Origin: Lingula anatina
Lineage: Eukaryota; Animalia; Brachiopoda
DNA length: 64,000 bases
Assembly (NCBI GenBank): GCA_051362555.1
Contig: CM120647.1
Coordinates: forward strand, 17,646,651 to 17,710,650
Direction of reading: 5' to 3'
The notes below the pieces were generated by a model, which was given only the letters and a program-made list of their open reading frames with translations, did no database searches and was not told the origin of the DNA. Positions within the stretch are counted from its first letter, which is position 1. The number at the start of each line of letters is the position of its first letter. Below are positions 53,501 through 64,000 of the stretch, piece after piece. Both the position numbers and the translations under genes were made by a program.

Positions 53501-55474
53501 GAGAGAATGTTTAAAGTGAAAGTGGTGGATAGGCAAATTGAATGCTAGGTCTTCATCACAGGCAGAATTTAGGCTGAACCAAATAATGAATTTATTTTAT
53601 TTCATATCTGCACAGTATACTGGTATTGTACTTCAATCCAACTTTTACATAACTAGACTGTATTATTACTTCAAAACAAACAAGAGCATTATCTGTCATA
53701 ATGATATGTACCTTTGCCCTGGTCTTTCATATTAAATCTTTCAAATTAACCAAATGAAATACAAGCTACAGAGATGCAATTTGCATTATTCCCAGGGGAA
53801 CTCACCCTGATATAGCTTCCCCCTCTCTTTGCTATTCTCTTCTGTCACACCCGTCGCATTCCTCCCTGTCCCCTCTACCGCAATCCAGGGCCCCAGCTCC
53901 TCTCCAGGCTGGGCCACCTCCTTGACTGGACCATCCTGTATCTTGGACACCTTAATGGTCACTCCATACTGGTCCAGATCTGGGTAGTCTGTGTCTGGAT
54001 TGGAGATGTTTATTGTTAGTATTTAACACAGACAACGCTTGCATATGTGAACACATGCAAACACCCACACATAGACACAGGTAGATGCAGATAATATCAT
54101 ATAGACATGTATGTCACATATAAAACTGGGGCAGATGGCATTAAGTCATCTTCTGGGAATTTTTAAGTTTACATTAATGGGCATCTAATTTTTTATGTCA
54201 GAAGACGGTCAAAATGGAGGATGAATCAGCAAAGATAATTTGGAAAACTGTCAGAAAATATCTCTGGATCTGCCCCTGTAGAAGTCACCTATGAACTTAT
54301 CACTCACCTTCATAATACACAGAAGAACCTGGCTTCCCTTCATGTGCATGCTCGTAGTGCACGTCAGCTTCTCCCTGTTCCAGTTTCTTACGCCGTAACT
54401 CCTCAGTGTGCAGATGAAAGGGTTTAGTCTTTGTTTCATTTCTTTCACCCTCCTCATCTTCTTTGTGGTCAAATTCGTATAATTCTTCAGGGCCCACTCC
54501 AAAGCCTCTCTTGAAGAAGGTCCACCCTCCCCCTGTCCTGACTGGTTTCAAGTGGGTCCTAGAAAATTGAGATTGGCATTTATCTCAGGGATTGCACTAG
54601 ATACATTTTTATTCAGTGAAACATCTATTTTTTTACCAATCAAGGATAAAATGAAAATCATCAAATTGTGAAATAGTTTCTCATTTCATTATTTTCCAAC
54701 CTGAGAAAATAATAAAAAGTGTTTGGCAAAATATGCCTGTGCTGCACTGTATTAGGAGACTTGCATCTTATATCTTATGTTACAATAAGTATTTTGAGTA
54801 TTTTATCCTTATATTTGAAAAAAATCCCACTCCAGAAGGTTTATAATTTTAGGTTTGTGTTAAGAAATTTGTGGTAAAGAAAAGCCTTTTAAACTTTAAA
54901 AGAGATCTCCTGAAATAAGTATTCTTTTCAACTTGTGAATTTAAAATGACAGATCTGAAATAAACATGGTGATAGGAAGAAGCAGATACCACATCAAAAT
55001 GAACTCTTATGTGAAAATTCAGGACAAAAAAATAATAATGTGATGCTTCTTATAAATATGAAGTTATGTGACTGAAGTCATGTGATGTATCATGTGATTT
55101 GAGTGATGTGACACCCAATGAGTGAATGTGATCTTATTACATAATAAATTGTGGCTGTTGCACTGTGATATAACCATTTGGCTTTTTTCTTTTGGCAATC
55201 AGCAAATTTTGCAATGTGTAAAATACCAACTAAAATAAAATAAACTAAATAAGAAAAAACAATTCTAAGCCAAGCAGAAGCAGAAAAACACACTTAACAT
55301 ACTTGTCTTCATCGCTCTGTTCACTGAAGAAAAAGTTATCAGCAGCAAATAAAATGCCATTCAATCCAGAATACAAAAACATATGAAATAAACTAAAGTA
55401 TGCATATAACTACATGCTAAACTACATTCTATGCTATTAGCATTAACATGAATGTCCAACTTTCTTTTTGTCAC

Positions 55475-55520
<46 letters not shown>

Positions 55521-58500
55521 TACGTAATATCTGTATATGACACCTGTATTTCCTGCCATCACCTATTCCCCAGACATTCATTTTTTTTTTTAATGAATTG
55601 TACAACTGTAGTTAAACAACTAAATGCCAGTATATTCAGCATGCCATGCATCTCTCAAAACATGCTAAAAATATAAACCAAACTATTTCCCCTTCAAAGA
55701 GTACATTTTCAATTATTTCCATGCACATGCTACCTTACAAACAAAATATCACAGGTTTCAGAAACACCATGCAAGCAAAGCTTAAATTCACAATATGGAA
55801 TCCAAGAAATTTCCCTGTTTGGTTGATATAAATAATTTAAATTTTAAAGTATACAAATCCTCATACTCACTGCCATGTTTCATGTACATGATGTCTATTT
55901 CCCATACAGCTGGGACACAACATATTGTCTGACAACATACGCTGGCAGAATGTGCATAGCTCGGGAGGTATGTATTCTTTATCTCGCTTCTCAGTCTGGA
56001 ATTAGGTAATATTCGCAATGAATTAAAAATATTTACAAAGAGTGGTGTTTAAAACACATTTGTTGTGGACATAAGTTATTAAATGCAGAGAACTAGCATT
56101 GTGTACTTTTGTGACAATTTTTTTCAATTAGTCTGATCCTAAAAAGTATATGCCAAAAATTAAAAAAAAAAAAAAACAAAGCTTGTGTAATTGGTGACAA
56201 TGTTGAGTAACAAACATACAAACAAACAAAAAAAAAGAAAGCAAAGAGCAATATGATACCTCAGATACATCTTTGGCATGGAATCTGACAGTCTGCACAA
56301 TCTGCATAAAACTTTTATCTTTCGTTTTCTTCTCCTTCCTCACAGCCTGGGGTATAGAGGGCAGGGACTGGTATGTATTGAGTGTGTCCAGGGTCTGCAT
56401 ACTTTGACTGGAAAATAATCAGATTTGATTTCATAGTTAGTGTCTGTAAATGTGTTAACCTATGTGTATTTTTCTTTTGTTTTCTACAAGCATTTTGCAG
56501 TAATTTTGCATGACAAAAGCAAGTAAAGAAATAAAAAAAAATTTTTCTGGTTGTAAGTACAATAAATATACACTAGTTGTGCTGGTAATTTCAAATGGTG
56601 AGTTTTTCCACCATTTGGTTATAAAAATGCTCTATATTGCATAAAAGGTTTTAACAACTCATTATTGCTCATATTGCTTGATCAGAATTGGAATAACATG
56701 ATAATACTCTTTACCAGACGACCTCTCATTTTTTACCACTAACAGGTCTCTGATAGAGCAATGAGCTACATGTATATTCACTGATTGTACGTGCCTCATT
56801 AGGAAGATAAGTCCTTTTCTTGATAAACCACATTGCAGGTACAATACTTGAAGAAGAATAGAGGATATTAAGGAGTAATTCTCACCTTGTTTGGAGATAC
56901 TGCGGGTCGTTTGCTTCGAAGAAATCCCGTAATGAGCCCTGAAAAATTAAATTGTAAAGTAAGAGCAAAGGGAGTCTATTTTTTTTTTTTTTTTTTTTGG
57001 GGGGGGGGGGGGGGGGGAAACACGTGCACGCATCAGTACCAACATTTTGAGTCAAGACCAAAGATTACACTTTTTAAAAGGGAACATAATATATCAGTGC
57101 TACAATTTTACCAGTTCTCTACTATTCAAAACCAAAATACAAATCCGATAAAAAAACAGACAATCAATCTGACAAAGTATTAAACTAAATTTACCGGTAA
57201 AGAAGCCGGACACGTCCGATGCCGTGAATGCTTCTTTTTCTTTCTCCCGGGTTGGTTCGGCCGGAGGTAGGGTGCGTGTCGGGAAAAGTCGGGTCTCGCC
57301 GGCAGTTTTCCGTGGGGCAGCCGCCATTCTTCGGGATTTATCGGCTGCTCGCCGTGTGTCTGTCGCCATTTTGCCTCATATAATGCCTGTTGGTAGACGG
57401 AGTCCGTGTCCAATTCCTTTCCTGCAATGACATGGACATTTGGACTTGTTTTACCTTTTTGTAAACTTAGATTTTATCGTTCAAGTACAAAAAATTATGA
57501 GCTGAAACCATATCTCATTTTTCTTTCTTTTTTTTTCAATTCATTGGCCCTAAGAACATGGAAATAGATCTATTTGTCTAAAAATAAAATTCAAATTGGT
57601 TTCATTCATTTATTCATTGGGTGCGCGTTCTTTCTTTCATATTTTTTAATTAAAATGAAATTAAAAATAAATATTTGAAGCAAAATTAAGTGCGCGATAA
57701 CATTTTTTCTAACTCCTCGCTTGTTGTGCTGTTTTTTCAACCTTATTTCCCTTGCCAAATTTTTGCATCGCCAAAAGCAAAATTTCCCTTGGAATTTCAA
57801 ATCACTTTATAAACCATCTAAAATAAACTGAAATAAAACCTACCCAATAGTTCATTCTCTTCAGAAAGTATAAAGCTACGACACCGTGGAAATTTCCACT
57901 TAATCTCCACCACAAACTGAAATATTACTTTTAATTGAAAAGTAAATTGCCACAAGCGACACTCAATTTTTACTTCCTTTCGCAAACAGTAACTTCCTAT
58001 TCAACCGACCTCTGTGAGTTGAGACCGCTCAAATTTTCATGTGCAAATATCACGACGTTTCGATATTTCATCAACCTCACATCCGCCGACAAATATTTTC
58101 TGGGTACACACAAATACATGTACATGTACATGCCACAGCGTGAGTGAAACCAAAACTCCGTCTCTAGGTTAACTGAAACTGGCCAGACCCATGGGCCATG
58201 GTGAAAAGTGGAAAAGGTACACCCGCACTTAAAGAGTCTGTCTAGCTTTCTACCAGGGTAATAGAAGAAAGGCTCAACATCTATCTGAGAAGTCCATTTG
58301 TTCGTGTGTAGCATTTCAATGTATTGTTTAAATACAGGTAATATTGAACACAAGATGTGAGGTTTTCTGACGTAGGAACACGTGTTTGTCAAACCTACAT
58401 GTAGATAGGCAAACTCTATGTGTGTGTGGTATGTGGGGGTGGGGGGAGGGGATTGGGAGGTGACCAGTCTTAATAGACTCAACGTTTACATACAAACTGA

Positions 58501-59988
58501 AGATATCCGAAAGTGTAACCTCCCTCCCCGCGCACGCGCACACAAACGCACAAACATGTCTCCCCCCCTCCAACAATATCCCACTTAAAAGTTTTTTTTA
58601 ACACATTTGGTCCGTATCCAGGAATAGAAAAATGACCACCTTTTGCTAGGTGTCCAGGACCACACCCGAAGGGTCAGCCTTATCAGTAAATACATCTAGT
58701 TGAATTCCAAACGTGGCAAGACCCTTGTCTCTCTCAGCCAAACTACGCCCTTGTTCTTATTTACAATACACGCAGAGTGTTCAATTAATCTTTCTATCCA
58801 TTCATCTCTTCTACATGTACGTTATATTTCAAGTTTAATTTTTCTAATTTAAATTATTTTCACAGTTGATCTGCAAACAATGAATTTTAGAACTGACATA
58901 CAAAAATTATATATATGACATACAATTATACCTTTGAACTATTTACCATTCCTTTAGTTTAGATGAAAAAACTTTCTTGTGTATCTTAAAATGAGAACAC
59001 CCCACCTCAGAATTAGTCAAAGTTTCGATATAGTATTATTTATTTAATGATATTACGGTTTTGACTCATATTTATTTAGGATGACCGGGGCACCTGTAGC
59101 ACACTAATGTAGTTGATTATCACTCGAGGATGTCTTTACCACTTTGATAAATGACGTCCCACGCGGCTATTAAGAAATCTTTAAGTACATGAAATATTTA
59201 TACACTGTAGGTGTAAGACTGTATGACTAGTGTATATATTTTGCTATATAATGTTGGTCCTGAAAGCTCGTCATAAAGCTGAATTACTGATTGATTCTGT
59301 AGGTAGCAGGTTTTTTAAATTCTATTCATTTTACTTCTTGGCCATCAATCATTTTCTCACTGTTGCAACTTATCAAATCCTCTTCTGGAAAGTATTAAGT
59401 TTTTATAGCTAACACCTGCATATTTGGTTCTTTTAAATCAAGAATTATTACTGTTGTTTACTTTAATTTAATTTGTAGAGCAGGTTTCCTCTTAATCCTG
59501 GCATTCAGACGCCATCAAAGGTTTTGGCAGAAGTACTCGACGTTAAGTCAAATACTCAGAGCGCTTCACGTTTTATGTGAATATTGCTTTGAGAAGATAT
59601 TATAAAGGGAAATATTTATCTTGGACGGTGTAAGAACCTTTTTGACTCTCTCAATTTTGATGTTCACGTCGAGCATTGTTGGCTCAATCACGTTGGAGAG
59701 GATTCTGAAGTTCATGATGTTGAACAGGAGAATATACATGTACGCCGCTGTAGAGCGTTTTTCAAATGGATTCAAAAGGTCCACGATACAATAAACAATT
59801 ATATAAGAAAAGAAGGGGTCTTGAAGATTTCAATAAAAAAGTTATGTAAACATTAATTACAATAATTAAAAAGAGACTGGGTTCCTACAATAATTTGCCA
59901 AATTTCAATAGGCTCGTTTTGTGAGGCTTTGGTACATTTAAGGGTAATTGAAAAAGGTACTTTCCTTTTGATACACCAAATTTGACTT

Positions 59989-60031
<43 letters not shown>

Positions 60032-61125
60032 GCCCAGAGGCAGACTACGATTAAAGATAAAAAACAGGATTTAATATTTAATTGGCTAGCCAGCCAATAA
60101 TAATAGGTCAATTTAATTTGTTCTACGTTTGCAACTCTCTCTCAATAATCTGCAAACATCTAAAACATGTAAAATGCAAAATTGTTGAATTTTACAGAGA
60201 CATTTTGACGACAGTGTCTATTTCCATATTTACATATATAACTCGAGCAGCCAACGAAAAGTATGTTTAAAGCTTTGAGTTATGCTAAATGAAGCCCTGT
60301 TTCTTATATGCCTGCAAATTTTGTGTTAGACACCCCTCCACAATCACACACGCGAGCGCACACTTCTTTATAATCGTAAAAGAGAGCAGCATTTTACTTG
60401 ACTTTTTTTTATCAAAATTATAATGTACGGTTTCTCTAAAATATCACAATCTACAGGTGGGTGTATAATTTATAAGTCCTAACACCTTTGATCCGCCCAG
60501 ACTTAAACTGCGAATATTAACACAGGTGGGCGTGCACGAGAGATTTACAAACGTCTAGTTTCAGTGTACTACAGAACCATGGAAACACAGCGGGAATAAG
60601 AAAGGTGGCGGTAAGGTCAACAACTTGGGTTCAACTATCGCCAAAGGGAACCAAAACGAACTGAGACAAGAAGGGCAAGGGTTGTCAGAGGAGGGGGGGG
60701 GGGGGTGATGTTTCTTCTAATCTTGGGAGGAGGGTGAGATTGCAAGGACTGGAAAATGTGAAAAAAGGAGGGTCTCATTTAATGTCGTTGAGAAGCCTTA
60801 CAAATGTATTTTAAAAAACTTTACTGTATTAAATAAGGTTGCAATTACATAATACATGCTAATTGGTATTAATATGTCATGTAATGTTATTCATTCTTCA
60901 TCATTTTCACTCACCTTTGGTGTCCCTCAGCACAATCTTGGGGAACCTTGAACGTGAACTGGTGCCCGTCTCCTTGGTCAGGTGTGTCTCTGCCACCGAG
61001 TTCAGCGTCTGGGTGGAGTTGTACTGCGTACTGGCGGCGTACTTGGCCGGCTGAAAAGTCTGAATTTCCCGGTACCATATTAATATCTGCTCCAAACTAG
61101 GGGTAGGGGACTCTAGAGCAGCCAT
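34590..61125 (-). CDS. Giant uncharacterised protein (about 3070 aa, 32 coding exons): N-terminal C4 Zn-ribbon-like motif, Pro/Glu-rich low-complexity core, charged helix, C-terminal EF-hand-like domain
   Basis: Frame-compatible GT-AG exons: 61125-60915, 57421-57195, 56938-56886, 56407-56260, 55995-55871, 55323-55303, 54558-54308, 53994-53806, 53487(or 53496)-53327, 52200-51994, 51096-51044, 50755-50718, 50007-47632, 46973-44133, 43624-43559, 42915-42742, 41982-41935, 41604-41486, 40879-40661, 40308-40220, 39923-39801, 39437-39038, 38681-38579, 38101-37998, 37593-37480, 37092-36996, 36730-36606, 36356-36264, 35945-35860, 35616-35547, 35229-35113, 34757-34590 (TAG). Total 9216 nt. The C-terminus 'ELFFLLD...DGRIDADTLAIELAAGG...FNRYKNGMVEFLDFLIYCPLF' is EF-hand-pair-like. 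Confidence 0.8.
38473..38513. repeat. (CA)n microsatellite
   Basis: Perfect CA run in an intron of the large gene. Confidence 0.95.
40908..41220. mobile_element. 313-bp MITE with TTAA TSD and AGG...CCT termini (Kolobok-like)
   Basis: TTAA|AGGGATAATAACTCTTCGT...ACGAAGAGTAATTATCCCT|TTAA. The 19-bp TIRs have one mismatch. A second, truncated copy starts at 12568. Confidence 0.85.
44133..46973 (-). CDS. Giant exon 14 (2841 nt) of the large gene: CxxC motif, acidic tracts, coiled-coil/SAH segment
   Basis: Overlaps ORF 46959-44032. Acceptor cttacag|AG and donor GCAA|gtaaga make it phase 1-1. Contains 'YNCAVCGKHY' and 'EEKERKRIEEEERQRREEEERKKREEEERERAE'. Confidence 0.85.
47632..50007 (-). CDS. Giant exon 13 (2376 nt) of the large gene: PEVK-like Pro/Glu/Val/Lys-rich segment
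   Basis: Lies within ORF 50056-47504. Acceptor tttcag|TC and donor AAAG|gtgcag make it a phase 1-1 exon. Confidence 0.85.
59990..60030. repeat. (GA)n microsatellite
   Basis: Perfect GA run. Confidence 0.95.
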
Positions 61126-62300
61126 TCTGCTGTTTTAAATCCCCCCAAAAATTCGCCTCACTTAGGCGTGAGTGTGCGATACACACTCTGAAACTGATTA
61201 CCTTAAATGCTTGTGAGCTGAAAGTGATTAAAACGTCATGATTTTTCTCGCCATCGTGATCGCTCCTGAGTAAGAAAGCAACAGCCTAAATATCATTTAT
61301 CGCCATGGTAAAGAAGCTCCGTCCTCTTTACCAGTTAATCCGCGAGTTTTACCCTTTTTTATTGCTTATCTGTGCTATTAAGTTTGTGGAACGCTGCTGG
61401 TAATTTTAATATCGATTTTGATATTTTCACCGTGATAAGCTCACAGTAATCCACAGGATAATGCACGGCCTTAAAAGGTGTTAAGTGTTAAATAGCCCTC
61501 CACGGACACTTCTGTCCACTCTTAATCCAGTAAGTCCAGTACTTGCGTCCGCATTAAGTGGACTGTCCGAACAACGCTGTGGTCCTCGATGCTCCTTAAT
61601 CTCTGTCGATCAGGTATCAATATCACTTAAAGAGTTCAGCTATACTGCTTAATCTTATTTAATATCTTAATACTCCTTAACCGGACTGGTCAGTTATAGA
61701 TGTCCAGTGGTCAGGAGGGTCCTGGATGGACGTTATTAATCCCTGGGTATTGATCGCCTTAGGACGCTCTAAATCGAGTGAAGTGATCTGCCCGTTAAGG
61801 TGAAGGGAAAACCTGCTCAATGTCTTCGTAACTGCACGGCAATCCACAGACGCTTCAGTTTATCTTGGATAATAAAACCTTTCTCCCGATAAGCTATAAG
61901 CTATGTGCTCTGAATATTAATACGTGGTGATCCAGATCTCCAGATCGTGATCTTAACTCATTGTTTATCTTCCACGTGAGTTACGTTGTTAGGGAAGGTT
62001 AAATACGTTTTAACTCGACCAATTGTTTAACGACAAAGACCGTTACGTGAATTGCCCCTTCTTAACAGTTACTTAACATTACTTGCACAGCCACCGGAGT
62101 CTCTTGATCTTAGAAATCACCTCTGGGCCGTCTAGATGTTCGAAATCGTCCTTCTCACCTTCACAGTACCAGTGTTTACCGTATTGCACCAAGACGCATT
62201 GGTTGGCTGTGTAAAGACTGCTTTAGGCAGCACTCTCACAACCACATACAGACCAAGAGGACATATGAAACCATTGAGATCCTCCAAATGTCAACATGAG
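61126..62300 (-). other. Probable long 5' UTR/first-exon region of the large gene
   Basis: Lies directly upstream of the ATG at 61125 with no obvious strong acceptor. It is less AT-rich than the introns, appears ATG-poor on the minus strand, and has no long ORF. Confidence 0.4.
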
Positions 62301-64000
62301 GTGAGGAGAGAGAGGGGTGCGGCGGCACGCGACATGTTCATTCACGAGGAAAACGTGGACTGTACTACCGTGAAGTTGGATTAGTTTTATTGATATTTGC
62401 TATTTATATTGCTGTTCGAACAGTATCACCATTTGTCTGATTTATTGGGTTTGTTTTTCTTTTATTGGCTGTAAAAATGCGGTCGATAAATTTTCACATT
62501 ACTCCCGCAGTATTTCTGATCAGTATTAGGTTGAATAGGTAATACTTTTTTTCGATCGGGTGGCTTATTACTTATTTTCGATATCTGTACAGAAAAACTC
62601 CTTTTTAGACTAAGATAACTTCACAGTGCCCCATACCCACGAGCTTGAATAAGAACTTTCAAGATCAGGGCAAAAACCAATAACATTATCGACTTCATCA
62701 CAGGGGTATCTTTAAAAAATAAAAAATAAATCACCAAAGGATAAACATCGTGCCTGTAACCCCTACTGCTTGGGCCCCATATTAACCCACTCTTCGGCCC
62801 TTCCCTACCACAACAAACTCCACCACTCACTAGTCAACAATAGACAAATGTCAGCCATTTTACCCCGCCGTGTATAGGTTTCTTATGAAAATCGATTTTC
62901 ACGGGTCGTTATGCTTGGTTATTGTTCGCTATTGTACGTTTTCGTTTCCCCTTTAAGCTGACATGCATTCACGCGCGCACGTTCTATGGCAAGGGTGATG
63001 GAGGGGAAAGAGTTTGCCTTGTTGACGATTCGAGTTATAAAAGTTTTCCGCAACATTGAACAACATTTCCATGATCTCGTTCAGAGTCGGTAAATTACGT
63101 AAGAATTCGGAGTCCGTGATCGGAATTTTAAATGATTGAATCGATGGACTGATACTGAATTATTGTCATTGAACTCGCCTAATTTAACAGTTGGTAAAGA
63201 GATTATGTTTCACAACGGGGGTGGTTTATTAAGAAAAATAAATTGATTGTCCCAAGTCATCTTTGATTTTGATTTAAATAATTTCATGGCATGATCGTGG
63301 CCAGTAAAATATGTATGAGAGAACATTTTGGATCAAACAAAACACTGACCATTAAAATTAATTTTGGACACATTAAGAAGCCTTAAACTGGTGCAGTCAC
63401 ATGTCAAGATCAAAATGAACGCCCTTAATGAGTTCAAATGGATTCTGCCACAAGGTGCACGTTACAGGTGCGTTGCTTTGATTGCATGATACCCCACAAG
63501 ACGAAGGCGTTACAATATATACACTGAATACATTAATATCCAAGCTAAACAGTGAAGGAAGACAAACCGTTGCATAACTGTCGTATGATAAGGCTTAATT
63601 TGCTCTTCCGAAGCGTCTTAAGATGTCTAATAACTGGATGGGGATATTGACTTAGAGATAAAAGTACTTGAAGCGTATAACACGCAGGCAAACGCGCCAC
63701 CACTGAATTTAACATTTGGTTTGTGTATTTAGGGGGAAGGATTTTTTTTAAATGATGAGAGGTCATTCTGTCTGAATAGACCACCAAAATGTCTTTACAT
63801 TTTGATGTGTAGGTGAATGAAAGGAAATGCGCTGTAAGGAATTTGAGATAGAAGTCAAGTCGCTTTATTAAAGTAGGGTTTTGGCCAAAAAGAAACAAGC
63901 AAGTTATAACAATATAAAAATAGAAGAATATTAGAGTTTTTTAAAAATGGTGATAATCTGTGCTGGCTACAACCCCCCCCCCCCCCCCCCCCCCAATCGC

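Overview
AT-rich, intron-containing eukaryotic DNA, most likely from a marine invertebrate. The repeat types look mollusc/lophotrochozoan-like, but that is an inference. Three intact protein-coding genes can be assembled by hand with frame-compatible GT-AG junctions. (1) An 8-coding-exon SLC5A7/CHT1-like choline transporter (minus strand, 13563-9086, about 558 aa). (2) A 2-coding-exon CARD + NB-ARC/STAND NTPase + TPR protein (plus strand, 27547-31084, about 1026 aa), an Apaf-1/NLR-like putative immune or cell-death receptor. (3) A giant 32-exon uncharacterised gene (minus strand, 61125-34590, about 3070 aa) with a C4 Zn-ribbon-like motif, PEVK-like Pro/Glu-rich giant exons, a charged helix and a C-terminal EF-hand-like domain. 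Between genes 1 and 2 lies an array of about 8-10 diverged copies of a GATA-containing unit, several ending in a splice donor. One copy is inverted towards the transporter, and a young 9-bp-TSD MITE sits just upstream of the CARD gene. Two degenerate paralogous multi-exon relics with an EGF-like Cys pattern lie about 28 kb apart. Several Tc1/mariner relics, an RTE-like LINE tail, a Helitron/Helentron-like element with a nested TA-MITE, a TTAA-MITE and microsatellites are also present. No rRNA, tRNA or CRISPR array was found.
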